In this document: positions 1 through 52,112 of the stretch, in pieces
Numbering within the stretch: the stretch's first letter is position 1
Layout: the number at the start of each line of letters is the position of its first letter
DNA from: Chrysomallon squamiferum
Taxonomy: Eukaryota; Animalia; Mollusca
Direction of reading: 5' to 3'
DNA: 64,000 nucleotides
NCBI GenBank assembly: GCA_012295275.1
Contig: CM022670.1
Coordinates: 40,176,001-40,240,000 of the forward strand
Position numbers and translations under genes: made by a program
Notes under the pieces: model-generated
Seen by the model: the letters and a program-made list of their open reading frames with translations, nothing else
Database searches by the model: none
Told to the model about the DNA's origin: nothing

Positions 1-439
1 GATATAAATAATTTAATGGACTGTTTTTTCAAGACATCGCACTTGTATATGCATGAAGACTGCCTGTGTGATATTTAGCTTACAAAAAACACTTTATAAA
101 AATGTTTAGTTTTTGGACTGTTCTCTATGTCAGTTTTTGTGTTTGCTGAGTTTTCTTGTTTCTTTTCGACAGGTTAGAAAATTCGTTACTGGATTATTTA
201 GCACAAATATACACAAAGTTATTTAAGTTAAAATCAATGTGACGTTTTTTATTTTTAATCATCATCTAGATCATTGTCATCATCATCATCATCGTCTCCA
301 TTATCATCATGATCACTGTTATTTTACAGTCAATAATTTTTATATTTGGATCATTAAACTGCTTTGACGTTTTTTGTTTTTCGCGTGACTGTTATTATTT
401 TCCGTAAATCATCCTAAATATAAATAAATTACCAATAGC

Positions 440-501
<62 letters not shown>

Positions 502-703
502 CAATAACAGTAATAAAAATAAAAATAACAATAATAATAAGTTATATTTTAAATTTAATGTAAACATGCAAATAGTTTACAAAACTTTTTTTTCTGAATA
601 AAAACCCAACTGGTATACGCTTCATAACGTTATAACTGAACTGCTTACACTAAACGATCTTTTCAGCAAGAAGCAATAACAAGAAATTTCTTTTCTGTTT
701 CAG

Positions 704-39010
<38,307 letters not shown>

Positions 39011-39299
39011 CACCGGTATAGAACTCGTTACCTCCAGCTCGCCGAGCGTATCGGATCTTTTACTTCGCGTGTTGAGCCAAATAGCTTCAGTACACGAGAC
39101 ACAAACAAAATACTTCAAAGTGCTTCCACTGTACCTTAACAGAGACGGCTATACAAGAACTGTTGTTGAAGTTAACAGTCGTTGTGTAGTAATCAGCTTT
39201 TAAAAAAAAAAAAAAATAATAATAAAAAAATTTAATACTAACTAACAGCCAGGTGTGAAATTAGCAAATTGAAAAGTTAGTTTTTGTCTGGTCGCTTGC

Positions 39300-39670
39300 T
39301 ATAATATGAAGCTTGACATTGTTGAGAAAACACGTGACTCAAAGAGAACACGTGATATTGTTCAGACTTGCGTGACTCGAAGACCAATAAGAATTCGGTT
39401 GACTGGTGTTTGAAAATATAATGTTAAGCTTGATATTGTTGGGGCTTATATGATCCAAAGATACCAAGATATGCCGGCTGATGTTGGAAAAGTATAACTG
39501 GAACCTTGGTACCGGGATTTATGTGATTCAAAGCAGACCATATCTGCAGGGCTGATATTGGAAAATGTAATATGGTGGGAGCTGATATGATTCAATGGCA
39601 GCGAGTCAAAGGGCTGATACAGGAAAACGTTATATGAAGCTTTGGGTTTATATGATTCAAACAGACAAGG
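39300..39670. repeat. Degenerate ~65-75 bp tandem repeat in the proximal 3' UTR
   Basis: Recurring blocks ggctgat.ttggaaaa, tataat.tgaagctt and ttatatgattcaaa, about 4-5 times. Confidence 0.6.
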
Positions 39671-40929
39671 TGTACAGCTAGTTCATACCCTTTCATTCTG
39701 TATTTAATACTGATTCTGCTTTTACTATTAATATCGTCAGACTACATAACTGTTTGTAATATTATATTTGAAACTGAGATTTTTAAAAAGTTATTTTTGA
39801 TTAATTTTTTTTTTTTTTTTTCAACAACTGCTCATAATAAAATATTTCTGATGCTGAAATTATATCTTGCCAAATACTGCTTTAAAAAAAAAACTCAACA
39901 GCATTTACAACAGCATTTACAACAGCATTCTGTGCCACAGTTAATTCCAAAATTAACATTAAAAAAGTCACTGCCAACAAACATGTATTTAGTAAATACG
40001 ATCAGGTTTTTTTACAACATATTTTGACTGTCAGGTTTCTCAAACACAGTGCAAGCTATGCATGAAGTATTTTCATTTAATTTTTATTTTTATATTTAAA
40101 TCTGTTACATCAAATATTTAAAACTGGATTGTAGAAGATATTTCCGTTATATATATATAGATAGATATAGATATTTTTTACATTTAAATATTTTTTTTTT
40201 TCCCTTACATTAAAAGCAAGAGCAATTTTCACAATAAATTTTGCATTGTAACAAAATAAACATACGCATTATTTTATTTAAATTAGTTTCGCTGTTTTTA
40301 TATAGACTCAAGAAATATTGAGAATCAACTCATACGTCATCTGAGTCAAGTACGTCTTGCATGGGTTCATATGTTCACATTTCACAGACAGGTCAAAGGT
40401 CAAAGTGTATTAAAATTTACTGCCAAACTAAAACATTAAACCAATTTTGTATCGGATGTATATGTAGTCATTGTATTGTTATTTACTCACATATTTACAT
40501 TACACAATTATGTTACGTAAATATTATTTGGCTTAGACCAACAGATATACATTGTAATACATCAGTACAGGCTTGTGTATGTATCTAAACCAACCAATAA
40601 TATCAACATTTTACTGTTATATTTTTACACTGTACTCCAGAAAAATTGTATAGCACATGAATATATATTAAGAAAATGTATGTGTAAGATATTCAATAAT
40701 GACATCATACGTGCATGAAATATTCTAATTCGTTAATCGATTACTAAGAAATTATTTACTGTTTATTTTAGATTTCATTCTTTACAACGTCCTAGCATGG
40801 TTTTAGTAATATTTTATAATGTTTTATATCTGCAGTATAAATATATAGATAATGTAAAAAGAAACAAATTTCATTACTATTATTATTTTTTTTTTTTTTT
40901 TTTTTTAATATTATTGTTGTTGTGCTATT

Positions 40930-40960
<31 letters not shown>

Positions 40961-42457
40961 TTTTATTATTTTTTTTTTATTAGTATGTATGTTATTGGTC
41001 AGTTAACTGCTATTACTAATTTATTATCATTATTTTAACACTATTTATTTATTTAATTTTATTTATTTATTTATTGATTTTTCAATTATTATTTCCATTA
41101 GTTATTAGAATTACTACCGCTATTATATTTCTGCTTGTATAATGTTTCTCTTGTTTTCACATCAGTATTCTTCTTATTATATATTACTATAATTACATAT
41201 TATTTCAAAGAATGACAAAGGCCCAGCGTGCAAATGCAGTGTGTATATGTTTATTGTGTATTTTGTTTTCGAATGGTACCTTTTTACCTGTTTTCTGTGA
41301 TATATTATAATTATGTATTTACTCGTAGAATTTTCGCATGCAAACCACTGTACATAAAACGTTTTGTATCCAAAATGATGTGTTTCATAGATATTCGAGG
41401 TTTAATTTCTTCTTTTTTTTTTTTTTAAAGTACAGTGAATTTGAAAATATTGCTTTCATATAATTAAAATATGCTATACTTACGTGTATAAATATTTTAT
41501 TTTATATTCTATAGATTGTTTTTATTTTATTTGTTTTTTGAATGTGAAAATAAAAGAAGCATTTTATTAAATTAAAATACTGGTAGGTAGATAATAAATA
41601 AATAAATAAATAAATAATAAAACAAAAACGATTTCATAAAATTTATTCATTTAAAAGTTTTAATAACAAAATATTATTGTCCTGACTAATATATTTTTGA
41701 TATCTGGTTAGTAATTCGGTTAAATTTATTACATATATAAATAATTTTAAAAAAATAATATAATAAACACATGCACACACAAACGCAAATGCAGAAGTAC
41801 ACACACATACAAACACACACACACACACATACACACAACTGTATAGATACACACGCACACAAAATTCGGCATATCCTTAAATATTTTTTCAAAACAACTG
41901 AATCGTTTTCATTATCATTTTTTTTCTTACTTTTACTCATGTATGAAAGAGTCATCACCATTTCATAAAATAGTCATCTAATATATTTTTAATACAAATT
42001 ATTATACTAATAAGTTTTAACATGCATCTGTCTGCAATTTAATTTTGATGCTGAAATATGTATAGTAAGACATTTTTACATCTGTATTACATACATGAAA
42101 ATATTCAGTTGGACGCATTTACACACACATACACACACACGCACACACACACACACACAGAGAGACATACACAGATATGTACCCTCAGACAAAAATAATA
42201 CAAAAATACACTTTAAATCCAGTAAATTAACAAACATATATATCAAAACGAGGCTCGATATTATAGGTTATGTAACTTTTTTACATTTTTAATTAATATA
42301 GTATTCACACAATATCTTGAACTAGTAGTATTACTAATACTTATACTAATACTACTACTAATAATAATAAAAATCATAAAATAATTAAAAACAAGAAAAA
42401 AGAATGAAATTACACAAATTGAATTTAAATTACTTTATGTGGTTTCTTCTTCTTCTT

Positions 42458-42542
<85 letters not shown>

Positions 42543-43455
42543 CCTTTGTAATCGTGGAATTAGAATAACCGAATTACAGTTAGAGTGCCAAAAAAAAAAA
42601 AAAAAAAATTATTTTAATTCTCTACAGTTTTATTATTTATCAGTATTAAATTTCATTTGTGTATTACTTGGGTTTTCTTACATTTTTTATATTTATAATA
42701 TTTAATATTTCTCTTTAACAAAAAAAATATATATATATATAATTATGTAATAAAATATTATTATTCCAGTTTTGAAAATACTGTACATAAGACAAATGTG
42801 TAAAATTACAGTTGCTTCAAACATCATTAAAACCGCAGTGTGTAGAAAATTCATTTTTGCTTACCTATCTTGATACAAGCTTTATTCAGTATCTGTTTTA
42901 TTGTACAGTTCGTGTTTCAATATCAAAAAATAAAATAAAATAAAACAATTAATTTTTAATTCTTTATTTTTAATTTTTTTTTTTTTTTTTTTTTTAATAT
43001 TTAATTATTTTTTTTTTTTTTTTTTTTTTTTTTATTTTTTTTTAATTCTATTTTTTTTTTTTTTTTTTTTTTCTTCATTTCTTGCCAACACATTAAATAT
43101 TATTAACATTTTTAGTATTTTATTTGGTAAACATTTCCTTTTGTTCAGAATAAAATATATTCATGAAACTTCATTTTTAATCAAAGAATATTGTAAGTTA
43201 AATAAGCATCTACACATAAATTCAGTTTTAAATGTAAATTGTAATATACTGAATCATTAACAACAATTTTTTTTTTTTTTTATTATTTTTTTTTTAAATA
43301 ATAATAATAATAAAAAATTTGAAGGTTTACGGTACATGAAATCTGAGTTTTGAAATGAGTGAAGGCTACAGTGGCCCGTGTGAAGTTTTAAACTCAAATA
43401 TTGTAAATACAAAAAACTGTTAAATATTGTACACGTGTGCTAGAGACTGATATCA

Positions 43456-43490
43456 AATAAACTGATTTCTCCAGTGTTTTCTTGTCTTTC
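43456..43490 (+). terminator. Candidate polyadenylation signal of the RPTP gene (implies a ~4.5 kb 3' UTR)
   Basis: AATAAA at 43456-43461 outside any microsatellite, followed by GT/T-rich gtgttttcttgtctttc and preceded by TGTA motifs. Other AATAAA sites exist upstream. Confidence 0.4.
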
Positions 43491-43701
43491 TTTATTCACC
43501 CTGTTTCTTTATAATTATTTAATCATTCAGAAATAAGTACGTATGACGTAGATGTGTCTTGAAAGTGATTCCGAAAGAAAATGGCAGTGATAAGAAAATT
43601 GAAGACAGTCTCTTAATTAATGGAGGAAGAACTGTTTGAACTGACTTTAATAAAGTACTGGAATAAGACACTGTTAAAAATCACATTTGTCGTTTTAAGT
43701 A

Positions 43702-43895
43702 CAGGTACCGGACCAGTTATCCGGCATCCTGAAAACCGGAAGGTTTTTTTCCGAAAGACCTTCAAAGTTCCGGAAGTTGTTTTTCCTGACGCTATTTTCA
43801 CAGTTCATTTCATACTCATCGCCACATACTGAGAACTGTCGTCATTTTTCTTTACAATTTTATACCTCATTATTTACGTACAGAGATCCGGAAAA
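43702..43895 (+). mobile_element. Possible one-ended MITE or DNA transposon fragment
   Basis: TA|CAGGTACCGGACCAGTTATCCGG start with repeated (T)CCGGA subterminal motifs; no matching right TIR found. Confidence 0.3.
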
Positions 43896-43964
43896 TCAAC
43901 AAATGGTCTTTGTCCCCTAGGAGTTTGTTAACAGTAATCATTCTTTTCTTATTTTGAGTCGCTT

Positions 43965-44056
43965 GAAAATGGCTCCAGTGTCGCGTGTAACTGATGACGT
44001 CAACAAATAGTGACGTCAATTGTTCAAAATGTTTGACCTCAAAATGGCAGGTAAAA
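43965..44056. promoter_or_regulatory. Promoter-like module with paired CRE palindromes
   Basis: TGACGTCA at 43995-44002 and 44011-44018, flanked by two AAAATGGC (YY1-like) motifs. Confidence 0.4.
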
Positions 44057-44322
44057 TGTAAAATATAAAATGTAAAATGTAAAATCAGAATACTGTTTTG
44101 TTTCCGTTTTTACTCCGTATTTCTATCTTAAGTCTTATTGATTTCTTTGTATAAACTTACAAAACGTTTACTGAATTATTCCCCAATTCTAACCGTAAAT
44201 CACATCAACAACGTCCACGGCATTCACATCAGCCACACCGTTGTTATGTAATATATCCAGAGATTTCTACTACAGTATCACTGTTATTACCAGTACAAAT
44301 AGCAACAGCACGTCACCTTTAG

Positions 44323-44353
<31 letters not shown>

Positions 44354-44434
44354 ACAACCTGGAAGCTGTTTACATATTATTCGATACTAAAATAGTGCGT
44401 GCATGTACAAGTGTGTATAACTGTGTGCTTTCTT

Positions 44435-44705
44435 GTGCGTGTCTGTGTGTTTATCCTAAACCATAACGTGATATAAAAATACAGAAACTTAAAAATAATA
44501 ATATACACACAGAAACGCTTTCATACTAGTACATAAAACGTACTCATTTTTTCCTCTGTTTTTCACATCTCTTTCTCTCTGTCTGTAAGTAAGTGTATAT
44601 TTGTGCGTGTGCGTGCCTGCCACTGTGCGTTTTCTGTGTTCGTGTACGTACATAGTAATGATGACTTAAATGTGAACAGAACTCCACCCCACATTGCAAC
44701 AACAA
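44435..44705 (+). repeat. Diverged direct duplication, copy A (copy B at ~45878-46146)
   Basis: Shared blocks catactagtacataaaac, tcacatctctttctctct, gtgcgtgcctgcca and gtgttcgtgtacgtacatagtaatgatgac. Confidence 0.85.
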
Positions 44706-44713
44706 CAGCAACT

Positions 44714-44778
<65 letters not shown>

Positions 44779-45048
44779 GTGATGACAGAGCAAATTGACA
44801 ATGGCACACTCAAATATTCACATCAGTAGCCTCTTCTGCTGTATGAGAGCCTCGTTCTAGTATATATCTACACGTACATCACTCGTGTGCAGTGGAAAAA
44901 AAAAATAGAGCAAAATGACCAGAGTAGTAGAATAAACTTGTAAAAGACAAGATGGGAAATGGAAGCAGCTCAGCTGAAATAAGACAAAAAATCGTAGATC
45001 CAAAAGCATATTTACTTACCTCTTATATCATTTTATTTTATTTTTTTT

Positions 45049-45088
<40 letters not shown>

Positions 45089-45488
45089 GTTGACTCAGTC
45101 TTTCTATTACATTTGTAATTATAACCAAAATTTGTGAATACCAAAAGTACTAAATAATGGTTCTTTTTATTATTATTATTTTTTTTTTTTTTTACATTGA
45201 CTCAGTCTTTCTATTACTTTTGTAATTAAAAGCAAGATTAGTGACTACTAAAAGTACTAAATAAGTTTTGGTTCGTGTTTTTTGTTGTTTGAATGTGCTT
45301 TCATCCTTTTATTTATATTTCATGTTGTAATGGAGAAGCTTCAGGACCCCCAAAATGTAGGTTAGACACGTGTGTGTGCGCATGCACATAAACATATGTA
45401 AAAACACACAACACATACACGCGAACATGCATACAGATATTGCGAACATGCGCATGCACGTAACAGGCTTACCTATAGTACAGACACC

Positions 45489-45529
<41 letters not shown>

Positions 45530-45535
45530 GTGTGC

Positions 45536-45575
<40 letters not shown>

Positions 45576-46139
45576 TGTAATTTTTGTTGTTTTGTTGTTA
45601 TTAAAAAAATAAAATAATAATAATAACAAATAGGACAAAAAGTTGAATAAAAATTGCTCAGTAAATAAGTCTGACTTTTGCTTAACCCGGGCGCGAACCC
45701 AAGCGGTCGCAACTCATGCAACAGAACATGAACAGAAAAGTGTATATGTTACAGTCACTATGTCTAACTAGTCACTTGGTCTAATGACTGAAACGTTTAG
45801 GAATTTAGCCTAACGTCCAAGATTGTCAGGCCTAATGACTAAAATATCCAGGAATTAGACCTGTATGATTTCCTGTGAGTGTCTGTGTGTTTGTCGTAAA
45901 TCTTATAAAAATACAAAAACTGTTTTATCTTGTATAATTATAATAACATACACACAGAAACTCTTCCATACTAGTACATAAAACTTACACATTTATCTTT
46001 TTCTCTGCGTCTCACATCTCTTTCTCTCTCTCTGTCTGTAAGGTGTATGTTTGCGTGTGTGCGTGCCTGCCAGTGTGTGTGTGTGTGTGTGTGTGTTCGT
46101 GTACGTACATAGTAATGATGACGTAAACGTAAACGTTGC

Positions 46140-46330
46140 AACAACATGGCGTCTCACGAACATCTCCGACGTCGTCTGCTTCCGCTTTGTTCGGAAATCT
46201 ATAAATATGACGTCAACAATTGAAATGACGTCACTCGCTGTTTGCTAGGTAAGTGGAAGGTCGTTGATTTTGGGAAACTTTAAAATATTTTGAAATATGC
46301 TGCTGAGATCGGACATCGTCGGTGAGTACT
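46140..46330. promoter_or_regulatory. Second promoter-like module with paired CREs, YY1-like site and strong splice donors
   Basis: CAACATGGCG, TATAAATA at 46200, TGACGTCA at 46208-46215 and 46226-46233, AG|GTAAGT at 46249, G|GTGAGT at 46322; locally CpG-rich. Confidence 0.45.
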
Positions 46331-46739
46331 TCAAATGTAATTCTACTTTTATTTATTTTTCAGGTCATTTGTCAATTTGGTATCAATATTCAGTGACCGG
46401 GTATTTCGAAAATCAATCTATGGTTCTTGATCGGAAATTAATTTTCGAAATTGGCATTTATCAAACTGGGCATTAAGTTGTTTGATAATCCGATCTAGAT
46501 TACTTTGGCGAACCGTCTAAATAAGCGTCCAGTTTAATTAACTTTTAAATTATTCTAAAATTTCGGCTGACGCTTCGAAATTTAATGTATTGTTGAATTT
46601 GAATAATTATTTATAATAGTGTACGACACAAAACAAATAGTTTTTGTAGAGATTTAGAGTAGGAATAGTTAAAAGTTAGAAAGACAGACACACACATACA
46701 CAAACATACAGACAAACAAACAAACAAAAAGAAAGAAAA

Positions 46740-47576
46740 CAAGGGGGAAAAAGAGGAAACAAGAAAAGAAAAGATAAGAAGAGGCAAGAATAAGAAGAAA
46801 ATGAAAAACAAAGAAGAACAAGAAGAAAAGGAAGAAGAAAGAAGAACAAGAAGAAAGAAGAAAAGGAAGAAGAAAGAAGAACAAGAAGAAAGAAGAAAAG
46901 GAAGAAGAAAGAAGAACAAGAAAAAGAAGAAAAAAGAAAAAAAAGAACAAAGAAGAAAAAGAAAAAGAAGAAGAAAAAGAACAAGAAAAAAGAAGAAAAG
47001 GATGAAGAAAGAAGAACAAGAAAAAAGAAGAAAAGGAAGAAGAAAGAAGAACAAGAAAAAAGAAGAAAAGGAAGAAGAAAGAAGAACAAGAAAAAAGAAG
47101 AAAAGGATGAAGAAAGAAGAACAAGAAGAAAGAAGAAAAGGAAGAAGAAAGAAGAACAAGAAAAAGAAAGAAAGGATGAAGAAAGAAGAACAAGAAAAAA
47201 AGAAGAAAAGGATGAAGAAAGAAGAACAAGAAGAAAGAACAACAAGAAAAGGATGAAGAAAGAAGAACAAGAAAAAAGAAGAATAGGAAGAAGAAAGAAG
47301 AACAAGAAAAAAGGAAAAGAAAAAGAACAAGAAGAAAAGAAGAAAAGGAAGAAGAAAGAAGAACAAGAAAAAGAAGAAAACGATGAAGAAAGAAGAACAA
47401 GAAAAAAGAAGAAAAGGATGAAGAAAGAAGAACAAGAAGAAAGAAGAAGAAAAAGGAAGAAGAAAGAAGAACAAGAAGAAAGAAGAAAAGGAAGAAGAAA
47501 GAAGAACAAGAAAAAAGAAGAAAAGGAAGAAGAAAGAAGAACAAGAAGAAAGAAGAAAAGGAAGAAGAAAGAAGAA
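46740..47576. repeat. Polypurine satellite built from GAAGAAAGAAGAACAAGAAAAAAGAAGAAAAG-like units
   Basis: Direct reading; source of the K/R/E-rich and F/S/L-rich ORFs. Confidence 0.95.
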
Positions 47577-49493
47577 TTCTACTTTCGGTTTGTTTTTAAT
47601 ATTTTCTGTAAACAATTAACTGAAATAAAAGAGATTTTAACACAACAGTGTGTTTGTTTTCTTTACGAATAATTTATAACTAACAAACACTAACATTGGA
47701 AATAGTTTAGTTAGTAAGTTTTTATTATAATTTTTATTTTCTGTTATGTGTCGTATGCTATTCAAATAAAATAAAAATTTATATTAATTATTCCTCACCA
47801 TTGTAAACTATTATTATTACTATTAAATGTGCATTTTATTATTTGAATAAACTGTACCTTAAATGCAGCGACAGTGAGTCACCTGGTGAGTGATGACACC
47901 CCCACCTCAGTGTGGCTAATACGGGATTACTCATACTTGAAAATGAGCTGTCCTGGGGGACTGTTCACCTTAGGTACAGAACACAAAACACCAGTGTTAA
48001 ATTTCATTTGAAAATATCTAAATTAGTCCGAAATAAATAACAAAAGAAATAATGATAAAATGACGAACCTTTTCAAGTTTTAAAATTTTCATATTTTTTA
48101 GTTTTCTTTCTTAATTTTTTTATACACATTTTCTTTATTTATTCTGAAAATAGTTCTGTTTTACATTATTCTAAAAGTTTGGTTTTATCTTCCTACATTT
48201 TCCAGTGACAGTTATTTCGCATTGTTTCCATCCATCCGTGAAATATGCTGAACACATCATCTGAAAAGATAAAAAATAAGGTAACACTAATAAATAAATA
48301 AATAAATAAAATAAAATATAAATAAATAGTTAAGTAAATAAATAAATTAAATAAATAAAATATAAATAAATAAGAAAGTAAATAAATAAATAAATAAAAA
48401 AAGTAAGAAAATAAATTAAAAAAATAAAAAATAAATAAATAAATAAATAAGAAAATAAAATGCGTATTAATTCCAACATTGCAGATAATATTTAACATTA
48501 TTTTGGTTTGTGTTTATCTGTGCGTGAATACGCACGTGCCTTATCTGTGTGAAATTCTCTTCTTCTTCTTCTTCAAAAAAAGAAGATAATAATAATAAAT
48601 AAAAGATCGTTATGAATATCGCATACCGTTTTTATAGCCGTAAATGAACTAACAAGCATAAAAATACAATAACTAATATTGTGGTTTTTATGTACGAACA
48701 TGTATATACACAGGTTCGTTTAATAATATTTAACTGACAGATGATACAAAGGAATAAGCGCCTCGAAAGGACAACTCTTACAGCCTAAAATAGAAAACTG
48801 ACACCGAGTTATGTCCCGTATCTTACAACTAATAATCATAACATTAATGTTTGAAGATAAATTTTATATCGTTTTATACTTAACATCTAGTTACAAAGGG
48901 ACATTGTAATAAATTTTGTTTATTGATAACAATAACAATGAAAACATTAAGAAGACTTGTTAATGGTTGCATGATAAATTAATATTAATTTTAAGTGGTT
49001 TTATTAAGATATAATGTATATTTACTGACAAATGATCGATTTTATGAATTTTGACAAGCATGAATTTTTTTTTTTTTTTTTTTTTGTTTGCCCTCCAGAA
49101 AATTTGATTATCTTTAAAAACAGAATTTCCGAGTTCAACAAGTGATGTACATGAACCGAAGAAAAAAAAGGAACACTTGACAACTTTCTATTAACGTCAT
49201 AACTGTCGTGTTTGGTTTTTTTTATTCAATAACTCTTCACTAGCCTATAATTTAACACTAAATAAATGATAAAAAAAAACAATCTAAACTTGCATTAACT
49301 AATGTCAAAATTCCAATGTACTATTACACTTTGGCTATGTCTGCTTTTAAACATCACTCACTGGTGATTTTTAAAGGTTGTCAGTTGGTGCTGTTGATTG
49401 TCCATTAAACTCTGAACACTGTCTGTTTAAAGATGGAAGGTATTTTAAGAAAATTAATCATTGTAAAACGAAAGATAACAGAAATAAAACAAC

Positions 49494-49550
<57 letters not shown>

Positions 49551-50016
49551 CAAACCACAACAGCATCATCAAAAACTACGACAATAATAAGAATAAGCAG
49601 AACAGAAATCGTTTCCATATTTTTTATTTTTTTTCGACACTTGTATCTGCGTTAACAAAGGAATCTAGAGTTTGGAAGAATAAATAAATCACAGATAAAT
49701 TTACCTTATCTGTCAAATCTGGGTTTCTTTAGGATTTGATCACATTTCCATAAATAAACATTATTTTTGTATTCTATATATGTATCTACATAATTTTAAG
49801 TTCTAAGAAAAGATTGTTTTTTTCTAAATATCAGCAACAGAGGCTCGTCACAAAATATTTTTCAGAAATAAAACGTGTTAATTGGAACTCTTCACCAAGC
49901 AAACAAGGCCCCACCCAAAGATGTCACAGTCCGAGCTGTTTACGCAATCTCCCGCTAATTTGTTTTTCTCTCCAGCATGTCGTCTGCTGTCAATCAATAC
50001 GTCCTTCGATCGGTCG

Positions 50017-50180
50017 GTCACGTGACGGTGCAGCCAACAGGCGAAATCCATATAAGGTAATGCGAATAAAGATTGGACCGTCTGGCCTTGTTGTTTTAAT
50101 TATAATTTTATCCTTGGCTCTCCCTTCCTGCTCAGGGGCCTAAGGTGTGGCAGGTATGGATGGCAAAGAGGGCGCCACTG
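50017..50180. promoter_or_regulatory. Motif cluster: E-box, CArG box, CTCF-like site
   Basis: GTCACGTGAC 50017-50026, CCATATAAGG 50048-50057, GGCAAAGAGGGCGCCA 50162-50177. Confidence 0.35.
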
Positions 50181-51331
50181 TGCAGTTTCTGTGACTGTTA
50201 AGTTACCTTAAAAGAAGGGCGTTAGTCAGTTGCTAGGACACCGATGTAATTTCAGTGTTTGCCAACAGGCGCCGTTTTTTCCGTAGATTATAAACCCCTC
50301 CCTGTACTACATTTATTTTACTCTTTTTTTTTTAGCGCGTGGCTGTAGTTCATAGTGTGATGTAGAATGATGACGTAAGGGTCAATGGTAGGGTGTGAAA
50401 CAGTGGCGTGATGGCTTGATGGATCAAATGTTATTACCGGGGTCAGTTCCAGTCAGTGAATCATAAACGATTTACAGTCTATGAGAAGGTTCATATAAAG
50501 GTTTATTTTGCTGCTGCTCGATAAGAATTGTCCACTGACTTTCACTTTAACTGATAATGGAGTTGGAATTTAAATACTAGTCCCATTATGATTTCTTAGA
50601 AATGTCAGTAATAATAGTAGCAATATAAGTCAATATATATATAAATATACTAGTTATACTAAGTTTTTAGAAGTAGTAGGAGGAGCAGTAGTAGATGAAG
50701 TAGCAGTAGAATAATAATTGTAATAGTAGTAATGGAAGTAGAAATATCTGTTATAGAATTTGAGGTAGGAGTTGTAGCAGAAGAAGCAGCAGTAGTAGTA
50801 GTTGTTGTTGTTAGTGTTTTAATAGCAGTTTCTTTATATTATTATTATTATTATTATTACTGCATAAAAATTGTATGTAGAAGTAAAAAACAGTGTGAAA
50901 ATGAGTAAATGTACATGTAGAATATAATCAGTTACACGTTTTAAAAACGTGGAATCTCAAACAATGGCAAAGTAAGACCGGTGCAGTTTAAAAACATTAA
51001 TAAAACACAGGAAAACAATGCACAAAGAGAAGATAAAAATCTACAGAGCAGTCATGGATTGGCGGAACAAGGAAAGATCTTTTCTTTAAAGCCATTGTGT
51101 TGTCTTCTTCCTCTACCCCTTTCTTTCTAACAATATAACAAAACAAAAAAAAAAAAAAAAATCATTTTCCTTATTCTGAATTACGAGCCATTGTGATGTT
51201 TCAAGCATTTTGAAAATATCCAGTTTGCAGCATTCAACAATTATTTAATTTAGAAGTCTGATTGTTAAAAAAAAAAAAATTAAAAAAAAAGTTAAAAAAA
51301 ATCGTTATAGCTTACAAGACCTAATGAGGAA

Positions 51332-51371
<40 letters not shown>

Positions 51372-51913
51372 AAAGTCGAACGATAATAAAGTTTAAAAGG
51401 CTGTGATATAAATTAACATTCGGTACACGATTTTTGCAACCCGATTCTCTCGTCACGAAATGACAACACAAACAAAGATTATGCTAATGAAACGCGTGAA
51501 TATGGACGTGCCGAACGCAAATAAAAAAAAAGCCCCAAGACAATCGCAATATACTTTATTCGACAACTTGAGAGTCTTTGTGTTTAAAACAGATTAGAGT
51601 TGGTTGTCGCTGTGCTGTAAATCAATGGAAACATCAGCCGCAAATTACGCTTTGCTTATCTGTTAAATCATTACTTTCTCGTTTGAAAACATAAACTACA
51701 AGATGAATAATTCTGTCTTGCGTGATAAATGCCAAATGTAAAAAGACTGTGATGTATAGCAAACTGCTGCATTGTTCAGTTTTTTTTTTTTAATTTCAGC
51801 CCGATGAGAAATATTTACATGTTTATTGTGCTATAAGAACTTCTGTAATGGACAGATTAACCTAAAGTCCCATTATAGCGAGACAAATATATACAGAGAG
51901 AGAGAGAGAGAGG

Positions 51914-52004
<91 letters not shown>

Positions 52005-52073
52005 CAAGTGCACATTGATAGAAAGAGAATGAGATATTTTAAGAGGTAGGATAAATATGTGTGTGTGTGTAAT

Positions 52074-52112
<39 letters not shown>

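Noticed and set aside
45684-45712. B-box-like GGTTCGCGCCC on the minus strand as a tRNA
   Set aside because: No A-box at the right distance and no cloverleaf.
46611-47672. ORFs of 139-334 aa rich in F/S/L or K/R/E
   Set aside because: Open in most frames because the polypurine satellite lacks stops; no domain or splice support.
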